A program made the translations under genes and the position numbers. From Octopus sinensis (Eukaryota), in the NCBI RefSeq assembly GCF_006345805.1, contig NC_043010.1:2976001-3040000 (forward strand): DNA of 64,000 nt, in the 5' to 3' direction. How positions within the stretch are numbered: position 1 is the stretch's first letter; each line of letters opens with the position of its first letter. This document shows positions 27,785-41,923 of the stretch, piece after piece. The notes below the pieces were generated by a model. The model made no database searches. It was given only the letters and a program-made list of their open reading frames with translations, and had not been told where the DNA came from.

Positions 27785-28544
27785 GGATAGATAGAGAAAG
27801 TGAGAGAGAGGGAGAGAGAGAGAAAGAAAGGAAATCAAGTGATGCTAAAATACCAACAATATGAATGAGGGAAAATTCCTCAGGGGAGCATTATTTGTGT
27901 ATAAAAATAAAAATGCAGTTGTGAGTTGAGATACTTCAGTTAACTGCCATCATTAATGTTCTCTGCTTAGAATAAACATGACATACAAAGGGATCATCCA
28001 AATGCTAGGTATCGGTGTGTAAACAGGTTTTCACATTTAATGTACCACTACAGGCTAAGAAGAGTCCTTCTTTTGATATTTTCCAGTCAATATATCTGAC
28101 AGCTAGAAAGTCAAGTCTCCCTTCAAAAAATCCCCAGCATAGTTTAGGGTCCAACAAATTTTAATTTCTATATCTTGAAACCTAGTACAGTATGACCAGT
28201 TATACTGTACTTACTTACGAATGAGAATGGCCTGGTAGAATGTACCAGGCTTTTGCAAAGTGTTTTAGATGCTAAAATAGTTATGAGGAGACACAGATAT
28301 CTTCTTCGTCCTCCCAGTGGAACATTGAGAATGTGACAGCTGGAGAGAGAAATTGCTACATCAGTTTCCTGCTAATATTCATTACAGTTGTGTATACTAG
28401 GATTACATGAAATGAACTTCTTTGCTTAAGGTCCCTGCATGCTGCCCTGTCCAAGAGTTGAACTCAAGAAGACCTGTCTTCCACAGCAGAAGTCTTAATG
28501 CTACTGTCCCTGATAAAGAGGACTGGTCTGCAAGGGCCCTGTGT

Positions 28545-28745
28545 TGGTTCCACATAAAAGTGCTCATGCCAGTGCCACATTAAAAGCACCCAACATATAC
28601 CCTAAAGTGGTTCGCATTAGGAAGGGCATCCAACCATTGGAGCGGAGTCAGATCAGACTGGAAACCTGGTGAAGCTCACCTTCTTGCCAGCTCTGGTCAA
28701 GCCATCCAACCCATGCCAGCATGGAAAAAAGGACGTTAAAGTAGT
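28545..28745 (+). mobile_element. RTE 3'-tail copy
   Basis: cattaggaagggcatccaacc...aacccatgccagcatggaaaaaaggacgttaaa. Confidence 0.75.
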
Positions 28746-29500
28746 AGTAGTAGGAGGAGGAGGAGGAGGATAATGACAGTGACAATGACAACAATGATGA
28801 CAACAGCAATGATGATGATATCATGAGCAGCTCTACAATACAAATTTGAATAGACATAGAAATGTTAATCAAACCCTTTGTCTTTGAACAGCTTAACTGG
28901 ACTTGATGGGAGCTAACTAACCGCAACAAAATGAACAACTAGAAACATCTGACAGAATCCTTAGATCAAGATGAATATGGCAAATTTCTTTTCCTGAAGA
29001 ATGTACTGCAATGTTTGTGGGAAAGAAGAAGCCTTCTAATTGATGAGGTATCATAATCACGTGGCCATCAAATCTCAACAATTCTAAGAATATGGTTAAT
29101 CAAATTCCTTTGGTAATTCATAAGGCTTCATAGAACTGGTTGTTTATCTCACAGCAAGAGATAAATCTGATTTTATTTAACAGACAGGTAAGACATTATT
29201 TCCAAAAGTGTGTTGGACTGAGGTGAGTATTAGCTATTATGTATTTTATCTAATTTCCTGGATAGCCAGCATATACACTTATAAACACAAACATAAATCT
29301 TTAACACAAGTTCACTTTTGAAACATGTTGTTCAGTGACTCCAGGCTGCTGTTTTCCAGTTTCAGCATTTCACCTTGGGTGTCTTCAACCATAGTCTCAA
29401 GTTGATCAATATGAAAATGTATGGAAGCAAAGCATATATATGTGTGCGTGTGTATATATGTGTATGTATGTATATATGTATGTATGTATATATATATATG

Positions 29501-29540
<40 letters not shown>

Positions 29541-29641
29541 ATATGTATATATGTATATATATATATATTGATAAAAATGGTAAGACAACAAAAGAATGAA
29601 AGAGACCTCGATATTATGTAAATAGAGGAATTTATCTGTAA

Positions 29642-29688
<47 letters not shown>

Positions 29689-29704
29689 ATAATGCATGTG
29701 TATG

Positions 29705-29916
29705 TATCTTTTATCTTTTACTTGTTTCAGTCATTGGACAGTGGCTCTGTTTTGGCACCACCTTGAGAGGTTTTAGTAAAGCAGTTTGACTCCAGAACTT
29801 ATTTTTCACGTCTGGTATTTATTCTTGCAGTCTCTTTTGCCAAATTGCTAACTTAAGGGGACATAAACAAACCAACAACTATTGTTAAGGGGTGGGACAA
29901 ACACAACTAGATACAT

Positions 29917-29963
<47 letters not shown>

Positions 29964-30155
29964 CACTTTCGCACACACACACACACATTCACAACAGGTT
30001 TCTACACAATTTTCATCAACCAAATTCACTAACAAGGCATTGGTCAGCCCAGAGCTAAAGTAGAAGATATTTGCCCAAGTTGCCATGCAGCCAGATTGAA
30101 CCCCAAGCCAAGTAATTACAGAGTGAGTATCTCAACCATACAACCATTCCTGCAC
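29705..30155 (-). mobile_element. SINE family A, diverged
   Basis: Tail ttttatcttttacttgtttcagtcattgg and tagaagatatttgcccaagttgccatgcag blocks. Confidence 0.8.
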
Positions 30156-31248
30156 CTATTTGTGTATGTGTGTTTGTGTATGTATGTGTGTGTGTGTGTG
30201 TGCATACCACATGTCTGTGTGTATCTGATCTATTGAATTTGTTTTACTACTCATGCATTCCCACCTGATCATCATCGTGCTTCTGGCCTCTGCCCACTTT
30301 GAATGCAATGCTTGTGTTTTTGCAACTATCCAAATCCTTCCCAAATCCTTTCTGTCAAGAATGAAAATGGCAACCTCTTTGAAATACTCCTAATATGAAA
30401 CCAGCGAGGCAGTTTCTATCTGATCACCTAACCTGGTAGAAATATCACTTAAATCTACCTCAAATCACAACCAACTATTTCAGGTTTAAATAGAACACGT
30501 TGAATTATTAACTCCTTGACACATCAAAAACAACATGGTCGTCACAGCTGGGGCTGAGACATAGTCATAGCCCTTTCATAGCCTGTGTCTAATCATAGCC
30601 TTTTTGTCATAGATTCTGCTAATATTTGAAAATACAACAGCTTGCTGAAGCACAAAATAAATCTTCTTGAACTTGATGTTGCTGACCTGAAGGAGACATG
30701 ACAAGGATTTTGGTGACCAAGGCTCTTTTCAAGACAGGAGGACTACAAGGGTCAACTAATCTCTTCCAGTGATGAACATATGAACTCTAAAGCTAATGAC
30801 CCTGTGGTTTGATCACCAATTCCACCTGCTAGAAATAGCCAGCAAATCTCTTTCAAATTATGCCCTACTGTCTTAATTCTTTAGCATTCAGATAACTCTG
30901 TCAAATGTAAAGCTTATTTATTCATATTGTTTTGAATTTATCATGTATTATGTTGTAGGTTCAAGATTTCAATGATGTGATTGTTTATTTTTGGAATGTC
31001 ATTGTAGAGTAGGTGTGAAAGCCTGGATCTGACTGGCTTAAACATAAAACTGGTAGAATATTTGGGCCAGATATGGCCAGTTTTCTTTAAAGCACGTTGG
31101 GATTAAGCATAGGATAGTCTTGGCTATGATAGGGTGGTCATAGCTGGAGGACTTTTGATCATCTTTGAAGGCTTTGGCCAGAAATATTTTTTGATTCACA
31201 AGCTTTTTCAATCAGAGCTGACTTGAAGCTAAGTAACTGCTGTAACAG

Positions 31249-31279
<31 letters not shown>

Positions 31280-32129
31280 GTGGTAGTAGTGGCCATGGCA
31301 GTAGTAGCAGCAGTAGCAACAATAACAATGGAACAGCATCAACAATGGTAACAACTACAACAACAAGAACAGTAACAAAATCAACAATAACACCAACAAC
31401 AGTAGCAGTAGTGGCAGCAACATCAACAACAATAACAATAACAACTTCAACAATAGCAACAGCAACAACAAATCATCAACAGCAACAAGAACAAGGACAA
31501 CAACAACAATAACAACAACAAAATATGTCAGTCTATAAGTTTAACCATGCATGTTATGTTTGAAATACAAACTTAGTAAACTAGAAGTAAACTGTAACTT
31601 GTAAGGCATCCATTAATATAGAAGTTGCTTATTAGCTAATTAGCTAATCTAATCAACTTTTATGATGAAAGGTTTAACATTTTCTACCTCATTTACATGA
31701 CTGTATACACACACACGCACACACATACACACACATATGCATGCACATGCACACACGCACACACATACATACATGCACAAGTTCATGCATATGCATACAC
31801 ATGAGCTGTAACAAACAGAAGATAACTCAATACTGGTGGTAGAGTATAAATTATTTATTCATGTATAGTTAATCATAAAATATGTTAATACTCTGGATTT
31901 CACATTAGCACAGAGAAACCATTCTATGATCTTCAGTCTATGAATTTTGATACCTGTCCAACATACTAAAAGGACTTAGATTTCGACAGGTGTAAAATAC
32001 TTACCTTGAATAAATACTCAGAGTAGGCAATAAACATTACGAAAGTAAACAGTCAACAAAGGGCTTTATAACTTTAATATGTAAATATGTAGGTTCAGAT
32101 ATAATCATGTGATAAAGAAACTCATTTTT

Positions 32130-32390
32130 CAATCACATGGTTTTGGGTTCATTCCCACTGCATGCCACCTTGGGCAAGTGTCTTCTACAACAGCCTCAAG
32201 CTGACCCAAGCCCTGTGAGTGGATTTAGAAGACAGGAAGTGAAAGCCTATTATGCACACGTGTGTGTGTGTGGGGGGGGTGTATGCATGTATGTATGTGT
32301 GTACATGTCTGAGTTTTGTGTTGGTTTATTTACGTCCCCATAACTTAGCCATTTGATAAAAAGGACCATTGGAATAAATAACAGTTTTAA
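32130..32390 (+). mobile_element. SINE family A, partial
   Basis: cacatggttttgggttcattcccactgcatgccaccttgggcaagtgtcttctac. Confidence 0.8.
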
Positions 32391-32619
32391 AAAAAATGAT
32401 ATGATGATGTGACCCTATTTGTTTGAAAATACATTGCATTTCAGTACCCCTTGTGTATATATATGCTGGTGTCATGAAAAAGTGCTTGTGCAGTGTCATG
32501 CTTTATTAGAATGATACATTAAGGAACTTTTTCATGAGTACCACTGAATTACTTGAACCTGTACATTGAGACTTATATATATATACATATATATATATAT
32601 ATGATGATGATGATGACCC

Positions 32620-32944
32620 CCTTCGGTCAGACACTGACCATGTGTTTGCACCTAGAGAGTTACCCTCTGAGGAACAAGTCTGGGCAAGGTTGTTTTATGG
32701 AAGATCAGCAGTCGCCCATGCATACCGGTCTCCCCTCTCCACGTCACCGATGTTGTCCAAGGGAAAGGCAAGGGCCGATACAGCTTGGCACCTGTGACGT
32801 CGCAACTCATTTCTACAGCTGAGTGAACTGGAGCAACGTGAAATAAAGTGTCTTGCTCAAGAACACAACACACAGCCCGGTCCGGGATTCGAGTTCACAA
32901 CCTCATGATTGTAAGCTCGATGCTCTAACCACTGAGCCATGCGC

Positions 32945-32946
<2 letters not shown>
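32620..32946 (-). mobile_element. tRNA-derived SINE (family C-like), near full length
   Basis: The minus-strand head aggcgcatggctcagtggttagagcatcgagc...gaactcgaatcccggacc carries A and B boxes. Confidence 0.85.
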
Positions 32947-32987
<41 letters not shown>

Positions 32988-33049
32988 ACATGCATATATT
33001 AGGGTGTTTCATCAGCAACTAATGTATGTCAAAAATCAGTTCAATGCCC

Positions 33050-33300
33050 ACAGCATATGGCGTAGTGGTTAAGAGCGTGAGCTACTAACCACAAGATTCT
33101 GAATTCGATTCCAGGCAGTGACCTGAATAACAACAATAATAATAATAACAACATCAAAAATACCTTAGGAATAAGAACCCAGGTTTGAAATTCCCCAAAA
33201 CACCTGATGAAGGCTGGAGAGTATATCAGCCGAAACATTGTGTTAACCACAAACAAGATGAGGACAAATATCTGCCAAATGTAAATAATGTAAATAATGT
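33050..33300 (+). mobile_element. tRNA-derived SINE family D carrying a hammerhead-like module
   Basis: A box tggcgtagtgg at 33058-33068, B-box-like gaattcgattcc at 33101-33112, an (AAT)n linker and a tandem tgtaaataa tail. Confidence 0.85.
33199..33244 (+). ncRNA. Minimal hammerhead-like motif within the SINE
   Basis: AACAC / CUGAUGA-A / GGCUG...CAGCC / GAAA-CAUU (probably decayed from CGUU) / GUGUU. Confidence 0.7.
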
Positions 33301-33744
33301 CAAAAATCAGGTCAAGTGCCTAATATTCAGGTCCCTCACAGAATATATTTTTCGAAGTTTTGACCATCTTAAAGACCAAATTTTATCAAGTTTATTTTTT
33401 TTAACTTCTGAGAAATACAATATATTTCAAGAACAAAGAGTGACAAAAGGAGAAACAATCAAACAGATGGAGATTTCTGATACCTCACTCTCTCTCTCTC
33501 TCTCTTCCCTCATTCTTCAATTTATAACTCAGGATAAATATGAAGACAATAGACTGGCAGTGGTGTTAGAATGTCAGACAAAAGTTCTGCATAATTTGTT
33601 CCAACCCTTTAAGTTTTGAATTCGAATCCCACCAACGTCGACTTTTCTATTCATCTGTCTCAGGGGTTTATGCAATTAACCACCAATCAAATAATGATGC
33701 TGACTGAATGCTCTTATAACCCATTCTGAAAGTGAATTCAATTA

Positions 33745-33960
33745 TAGTACTGGTGGTGGTGGTGGTGGTGGTGGTGGTGGTGGTGGTGGTGGTATTGGTG
33801 GTGGTATTGGTGGTGGTGGTGGAGGTGGTTGGTGGAGGTGGTGGTGCTGGTGATGGTGGTGGTGGTATTGGTGGTGGTGGTGGTGGTGGTGGTGGTGGTG
33901 GTGGTGGTCGGTGGTGGTGGTGGTGGTGGTGGTGGTGGTGGTGATGTTGGTGGTGCTAGA
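33745..33960. repeat. (GGT)n microsatellite
   Basis: Read directly from the sequence. Confidence 0.9.
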
Positions 33961-34734
33961 GGAGGAGGAGGAGGAGGGCAGAGAGGAAGATATAGATAGA
34001 GAGACATATAGAGAGATCGAATGACTAACAGATATGTATGTAGAGACGTGTGTATGACTCTCTCTCTCTCAGCACACAGACAGACAGACAGACAGATAGA
34101 TAGATTGAGAGGGAGATAGATAGAGAGAGAGGGGGGTGAGAGAGTTAAATAGATAGATAGACAGAGAGGGAGAGAGAGAAAAGACTAGAGAGAGAAAAAG
34201 AGAGAGGAGAAGAAGAGAGGAGGGAGAGAGTAAAAGGGCAAGGGCAATCTAATTCTCTCCTGCCACCACCCTCCACTCCCCTACTAATCCTTAATAATAA
34301 ATATGAAGTCTTGTATGTATTAAAGGTGCTGAGGTAAGTAGGGGGGGGTGGAGGTGTGGAAGTAATTCCATCCTGAACTAATCAGAATCGTCATGGCCCT
34401 GGCTACAGTAATTTGATAATACCAAAGAACTATGGAATGGTAAGATTACAAGATTAAAGTATAAAGCAAGCAAGCACAATCTTGGTTTTCTCTCACTGTG
34501 TCTGTACGTGCATGGTTGTATAAGAATGTGTTTGTGTGAGAGTGTGTGTGTATGTGAGGCTATCTGTGAATGTGTGGACGTGAGTTTATCTGTGTGTGTG
34601 TGATAGTGTATGAAAGTATGTGTGAGTGAGAATGTGTGTGTGTATGTGTGTGTGTATGAGAGAGAGAGAGAGAGAGTGAAGTTATCTATGTGAGTGTCCG
34701 TGCAAGTTTATTTGTGTGTCCTAATGTGTGTGTA

Positions 34735-34767
<33 letters not shown>

Positions 34768-35199
34768 AAGAGAGAGAGTGAAGTTATCTATGTGTATGTG
34801 AATGGGAGTTTATCTCTGTGTCCTAATGTGTGTCTATGTGTCCGTGTGTTCAGGCATTTCTGTGTGAAAATATGTCTATGTTGTATATATGAGAATATAC
34901 ATGTGTGTGCATGTACATACATTTGAAGTTTCTATGTATGAGTTAAAGCTAATTTGTACTGGTGTGTGTGTGTGTATAGATAGATCTATCTGTGTGTGTA
35001 TACCTGTGTGATTGTATGTTTTGTGTATGCGTTTATATTTATGTGTGAGTGCTTATACTTCAATGTGTGTGTGTATGAGGGTTTTGATAAGTTTGTAGGT
35101 ATCTATGTATGTGCATGTGTGTGCCTTTGTGTATATGTATGCAATGCTTTTTCTTTGGTGTTTATGCATATAAATGTATGTATATATAAATACATGTAT

Positions 35200-35630
35200 T
35201 AGGATTGGGTGTGTGGTAAGTAGCTTGCTTCCCAACCACATGGTTCCCGGTTCAGTCCCACTGTGTGGCACCTTGGGCAAGTGTCTTCTACTATAGCCTC
35301 GGGCTGACCAAAGCCTTGTGAGTGGATTTGGTAGACAAAAACTGAAAGAAGCCCGTCGTATATATGTGTATATATATATATATGTGTGTGTGTGTATGTT
35401 TATGCTTGTGTGTCTGTGTTCGCCCCCCCCCCCAACATCACTTGACAACCGATGCTGGTGTGTTTACGTCCCTGTAACTTAGCAGTTCGGCAAAACAGAA
35501 TGATAGAATAAGTACTAGGCTTACAAAGGATAAATCCTGAGGTCGATTTGCTCAACTAAAGGCGGTGATCCAGCATGGCCGCAGTCAAATGACTGAAACA
35601 AGTAAAAGAGTGAAAAGAGAGAAAAAGAGT
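35200..35630 (+). mobile_element. SINE family A, near full length
   Basis: Head, spacer, body and aagtaaaagagtgaaaagag tail. Confidence 0.92.
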
Positions 35631-36299
35631 ATATGGATATAAATGTTTACACATCTATATTTTCAAATATCTAAATATGTATTCTAGCTTGTGCATATAT
35701 TACTGTTACTATACTCCTGCATGTACATAGGTGAATGTAGCCCCAGGTCAGTTCAGATCAAGCAGACCTATAATCAAAAACTTTCCAGTGATGGCCATCC
35801 CATTTGTTTTACTGTGTGCAGGGAACCAAAGACCATCACAGCTTTTTCTTTTACTGTAAGATCTACTGTAGCTTTTTCTGTTGCTGTAAGATTTGATTTG
35901 AGCGCTTTTTTGTCCTCAGCTCTCTGAACCACTGCTCTCAACAATGGTCACCTCTACAGTATCAATTTGATAGCAGGAATCAAGGTACACCTGGGACTAT
36001 TCCCTTTTCATTATCCTTTTTTCACTTGACCACTGACTTGTTCATTCATGCTTCTCCCGGCCTCTTGTGTTCTCTACTTTCTACATTAACTTCCCTTTTT
36101 TCACTGTTTGTTGTTTTACCTTTTGCTCTGTCCTTCATCTTTCCAGTCGTATAGGACATTCTCCATTGCATTACCTATACACATGTCTTGTCTTGTCTCT
36201 CTCTGAGCACCACAGTCTTTATTTTGGTTATATAATGTATAATTTATCTTGTTTGTATATTTACATTTAGATGTCTTGCAAACAACTTGCACATGCAAG

Positions 36300-36720
36300 T
36301 GCTACCAGTCAAAAACTCCGCATACCGGAAGCCAGCAAGTGAATGGGGTCATCAGGAGAGAATGCACGCCATTTCTGGGCCTACCTCTCAATGGCATCAA
36401 TGCTTACTGATCCCCCTACCTCACTGATATGAGGCCCCATTTGCTAGATCAGCTGGTTATCAAATAAAGCTCAATATACTTCTAGCCATCGCTCATCGTC
36501 TCTTTTTAGCCAAATCCAGTGGCTAGCCTTCTCCACTGTAGTTTGGATATCGGTCATGGTGGTATTGACTTTACGATGAGTTAGGCCTAACGAAAACAAC
36601 AGTCGTCTCACACTGTGTCCAACATCCGACTTTGATTGGAAAATGTTCTGCTTTCCAGCCTGCGTCTTCACATTCCTCAAGGAATGTGTTGTATTCATAT
36701 TTGTTTGTGTCGGTCATCAA
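36300..36720 (-). mobile_element. RLE-type (HERO-like) LINE 3' fragment
   Basis: Frameshifted LEECEDAGWKAEHFPIKVGC / GHSVRRLLFSLGL...VEKASHWIWLKRDDERWLE*. The clade name is from memory. Confidence 0.65.
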
Positions 36721-37369
36721 CATTCACTCAATATCCCCCCCAGCTGTCTATTTGCTGTTGGCTCCACCAAAAATGACAAAAATTCTTAAAATCATGAAAT
36801 TGGAATGACTTCTTGGATGATAACTGATGAGGAAACAGCATGTCCATGTTTTTTGTGTGAATTTTCCACTTGTTCCTCGTTGTTCTTCTGCTTAAGTTTT
36901 GAGACTTACTGTTTAATGTAATGCCATGCTTCTATCTTCTCTCCCCCACACTCTCTCTCTCTCCATATATGTATATTTAGAGAGAGAGACTGAGAGAAAG
37001 AAATTTAAGTGATACTAGAAGTGGGGAGAAAACAGGTGTATAAAAAAGTAAAGGAAAAGAGAAGTAAAGAAATATGATGAAGATGAAGGAGATGAAGAGC
37101 AAGGTGGTACACAGTATGTTGGACAACGAGAAGGTGTGTTTAGGGAACACAGACAAGGAATGCATAAGAAGGGGAAGATAAAGAAGTATTGGTTGGATAT
37201 TAAAGGTGTAGCAAAATGTGGTGGTGGTGGTGGCTTAGGTGGTGGCGGTGGTGGTGGAGGAGGAGGAGGAGGAGGAGGAAGAGGAGAACAATAATAACAA
37301 CTGTTATGTGACGCCAAATTTGGAAAAAAGATGTGTTGTCACTTAATCCAGAACCAATACCAGGTTTGT

Positions 37370-37427
37370 CTTTGACAACAGCAATAACAACAACAATAAT
37401 AATAATAATAATAATATAATAATAATA

Positions 37428-37476
<49 letters not shown>

Positions 37477-37884
37477 CAACGACGACCACGATGATGATGA
37501 TGAAGATGATGATGATGGTAATAATAATATATAATAATAATAATAACAATAATAATAATAATAATAACAATAATATAATAATAATACTATAATAATAATA
37601 TAATATAATAATAATAATATAATAATATAATAATAATAATAATAACAATAATAATAATAATAATAATAACATAATAATAATACTAATAACAATAATATAA
37701 TCAAATAATAAAATAATAATACTAAGATAATAATAATATAATAATAACAATAATAATAATAATAATATAATAATAATAATAATAATAACAATAATAATAA
37801 TAATAATAATAACATATAATATAATAATAATAATAATAATAACAATAATAATAATAATAATAACAATAATATAATAATAATAAC

Positions 37885-37946
<62 letters not shown>

Positions 37947-38169
37947 TAATAATAATAATAATAACAATAATAATAATAACAATAATAATAATAAATAACA
38001 ATAATAAATAACAATAATATAATATAATAATAATCATAATAATAACAATAAATAATACTAATAATAATAATAATAATAATAACAATAATAATAATACAAT
38101 AATAATATAATAATACAATAATAATAATAACAATACTAATAATAATATAATAATAATAATAATAATAAC

Positions 38170-38209
<40 letters not shown>

Positions 38210-38269
38210 TACAATAATAATAATAATAACAATAATAATAATAATAATAACAAATAATAATAATAATAA

Positions 38270-38327
<58 letters not shown>

Positions 38328-38345
38328 TAAAATAGCAACAACAAT
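37370..38345. repeat. About 1-kb degenerate (AAT/GAT/AAC)n array
   Basis: Read directly from the sequence; it explains the poly-I/L/Y ORFs. Confidence 0.95.
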
Positions 38346-39101
38346 AATAATAATAATAACTGTTCCAGATATAAAAAAAGAATATGGATGGGGATGTGGC
38401 AGGGGAGGAAACCAATAAAAAATGATGACATGACATAGCAGATGGCAACTGAGGGATTAAGAGGAACATTTAGCTCTTGTGGGAATGGTTTCAGGGAAAA
38501 ACAGACAGGGCTGGGAACCGTGGAATCAAAGGAAAGGATGGTCATTCTACATTTTGGCAGAAGAAAAAAAAAGAGTTATTAATTTTTTTGCCTTTTCTTC
38601 AATTTATTCATTTGTTTTATTTTCTTTTTCTTTTCTTTAAAATTCTTTTAATCATTCTTTTTTGTCTTTGACAATTATTACCATTTCTGTTGTTGTTGTT
38701 GTTTTTGTTGTTTTGGTGCTGTAAAAGACATTTCAAACATGTTCCATGGTTTTTGTTTTGGAAGGTATCGCTTGGAGAATGGTTGAAGAAAGAACTAGAG
38801 AAAGAGTTTCTTGGTCCCTGTTCTCTCTCTCTCTCTCTCTTTATCTTTCTTTTCCTTCCTCTCTGTTTCTCTGTTTCTTTCTTTCTTTCTTTCTTTCTTT
38901 CTTTTTTTCTTTCTTTCTTTCTTTCTTTCTTTCTTTTCTTTCTTTTCTTTTCTTTTCTTTTCTTTTCTTTCTTTTCCTTTCCTTTCTTTCTTTCTTTCTT
39001 TACCCCTCCACAATAGGGATACAACAGCTGGCGGCCAGATAAGGGAGTGAAGATCCCAAGGAAACAACAATAACACCAACGGCAGCAGTAGCAGTAAATG
39101 T

Positions 39102-39204
<103 letters not shown>

Positions 39205-39262
39205 TAGTAGTGGTAGTAGTAGTAGTAGTGGTGGTGGTGGTGGTAAACTGAAGGAAGGATAT

Positions 39263-39438
39263 AGAAGAAGTAGGAAAAAAAGAAAAGCAAATGGAATAAC
39301 TGAAAGACTGTATACATGTGTGTTTAGGGATGGCATGTGTGTGTGCAGTTGTGTATAAGGAAGGGTCCAGAGAGAGAGAGAGAGAGACGAAGGGAGAATC
39401 TATGTGAGGAAGAGAGATAGGATGAAAAAGGGAGAAAC
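39263..39438 (+). repeat. Source copy of a locally duplicated unique segment
   Basis: It is the reverse complement of 41748-41923 apart from about 7 substitutions and 2 indels (aligned by eye). Confidence 0.9.
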
Positions 39439-39693
39439 AGAAGGAGAGAGGTATACACAGAGAGTAAAGCAGCAAAATGTAAAGCAGAGAGAGGAAGAGA
39501 GAGAGAAAGAGGGAGAGAGAGAGAGAGAGAAAAAGAGGGACAGATAAGGAAAGAGAGAGAAAGAAAGAGAGAGAGAGAAAGAGAGACAGAGAAGGAAAGA
39601 GAGAAAGAAAGAGAGAGAGAAAGAAAGAGAGAGAAAGAAAGAGAGAGAGAAAGAGAGAGAGAGAAAGAAGGACAAAGAAGGAAAGTGAGAGAA

Positions 39694-39724
<31 letters not shown>

Positions 39725-40354
39725 AAGAGGGACAGAGAAGGAAAGAGAGAGAGAGCAAGAATGTATATGTGAAGGACAGAAAGAGAATGTGTGTGTGAAG
39801 AAGAGAGAGTGAGGTAGACAGGCAGAGAGTCAAAATATGTGAAGCCAAGAGAGAGAGAGAGAGAGAGAGAGAAGGAGACAGACATACAGACAGACAGAGA
39901 GCAAGGAGGAGGGAGAGGAAGTCACAAAGAACACATGAAAGGGGGGGGTGAAGCAGATGAAAAGATGGAAATGAAATAAGATGAATGGATGAGTGTCAGT
40001 GTTGATGAGAACAAAAAGGAAGACAACAACAGCATCAACAATATTTTATATTGATGATGACAACAGCCATGATGATGATGCTGATCCTATTCATAGTACA
40101 GGTGGTGGCGGAGGAGGTGGTTGTTTAACCCCAGGTCAACCCTGTTTGAGCACACCCGTGATTAAAAGTATTTTGGCCCTGGCTGTGACCTTCTTGTCTT
40201 TTAATGTTTACGCCTGGAACTTAATTTGCCTTATGTCTTCTTTTCATATTTGAAGAGAGAAGGATGTGATTTCAGAGACATTTGACTGCTATTTCTTACA
40301 TTCTTGCAAGTTGAGAGACCAAGCTAGAAGTTCCCTCGGGCTCATAGACATGAA

Positions 40355-40749
40355 GATCATGATGATGATGACGATGGTGGCGGCAGCGGCGGTGGCGGTG
40401 GCGGTTGTGGTGGTGGTGGTGGTGGCGATGATGATGATGATGATGAGGGGGAGGAGGAGGAGGAGGAAGAATAGGAGGGAAGAAGCTGATGATGATGGCA
40501 ATATTGATAAGGATGATGATCATCATCATCATGATGATTATGTTGATGATGATGATTTTGTTGATAAAACTGATGATAACAGTGATGCTCATGATAATGA
40601 TGGTAATGATGATGATGATGACAATGATGATGATGATGGTGATGATGATGATGATGATGATGATGATGACGACGACGATGACGATGACGATGATGATGAT
40701 GATGACGACGATGATGATGATGACGATGATGGTGATGGTGATGATGATG

Positions 40750-40781
<32 letters not shown>

Positions 40782-40860
40782 GATGATGATGATGATGACG
40801 ATGATGATGATGATGATAATGACGATGATGATGATGAGGAGGAGGAGGATAAATAATGAT
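40355..40860. repeat. (GAT/GAC/GGT)n array
   Basis: Read directly from the sequence; it explains the poly-D/M/H ORFs. Confidence 0.95.
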
Positions 40861-41289
40861 CTGACAAGCTGGAGAAGTACACATACAGACATAGAATGCA
40901 CTAGTTTATTAAGAACTGCTTAGTGGTTTCTGGCTCCAAAGTTTCCTTGCAAGCAGCTTCTTCTTCAGACAGTTTGGGCTTGTCTGAAGATTGACAGGTA
41001 ACTAGACTGGTCCGAATAAACTACATACACACACTAACACATGCACACACACACACATCGATGCACACATGCACACACACACACACAAAACTGTCAGGCT
41101 GAATAAACTTGAATTTTCAGAAAAAAAGAAAAATCAACCAACTCTCACATTACTAATGCAATCTGTAAGCGGTACAGTAAAAGTATACAAGACTTTTGCT
41201 ATTTACATTCCAGCAATGGGTTAAATGATTTAAATACTTAAGAACAGGAAAGACCATATACAGAGTACAGAAGGTCTGGAATTCAGACC

Positions 41290-41523
41290 AAAGGCAGCGA
41301 GCCGGCAGAAACGTTAGCACACTGGGCGAAATGCTTAGCAGTATTTCATCTGCTGTTACGTCCTGAGTTCAAATTCCGCCGAGGTCGACTTTGCCTTCAA
41401 TCCTTTCGGGGTCGATTAAATAAGTACCAGTTACACGCTGGGGTTGATATAATCAACTTAATCCATTTGTCTGCCCTTGTTTGTCCCCTCTATGTGTAGC
41501 CCCTTGTGGGCAATAAAGAAATA
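41290..41523 (+). mobile_element. SINE family B, young, with a 21-bp TSD
   Basis: agaaggtctggaattcagacc occurs at 41269-41289 and 41524-41544. Confidence 0.92.
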
Positions 41524-41747
41524 AGAAGGTCTGGAATTCAGACCTGTCCACAGCCAAATAAACCATATCCCACAGTGCTTTCATGGTGCCTGTCCCAGTG
41601 CCAACATTTGGTATACTAGACTGGACACTCGAAGAAATCCACAACCATGACATCAAAACTACAACCACTGGTAACTTTCATGCTGACAGTGACATTGACA
41701 GGATCTTTATAAAATGGAGGTAGAGCATAAGATCAGTCCAGGTAGCC

Positions 41748-41923
41748 CTTAAGTCTCTCCCTTTTTCATCCTATCTCTCTTCCTCACATAGATTCTCCCT
41801 TTGTCTCTCTCTTTCTCTGGACCCTTCCTTATACACAACTGCACACACATATACCATCCCTAAACACACATGTATACAGTCTTTCAGTTATTCCATTTGT
41901 TTTTCTTTTTTCCTACTCCTTCT
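41748..41923 (-). other. Inverted templated insertion between 21-bp direct repeats
   Basis: ataagatcagtccaggtagcc occurs at 41727-41747 and 41924-41944. The insert matches 39263-39438 in reverse. Confidence 0.88.

Noticed and set aside
37339-38469. The 376-aa and other long ORFs (also 40266-40856, 62021-62569 and the many YIYI/HTHT/CVCV ORFs)
   Set aside because: They are stop-free frames of tri- and dinucleotide microsatellites, open on several frames and both strands, with no coding signature.
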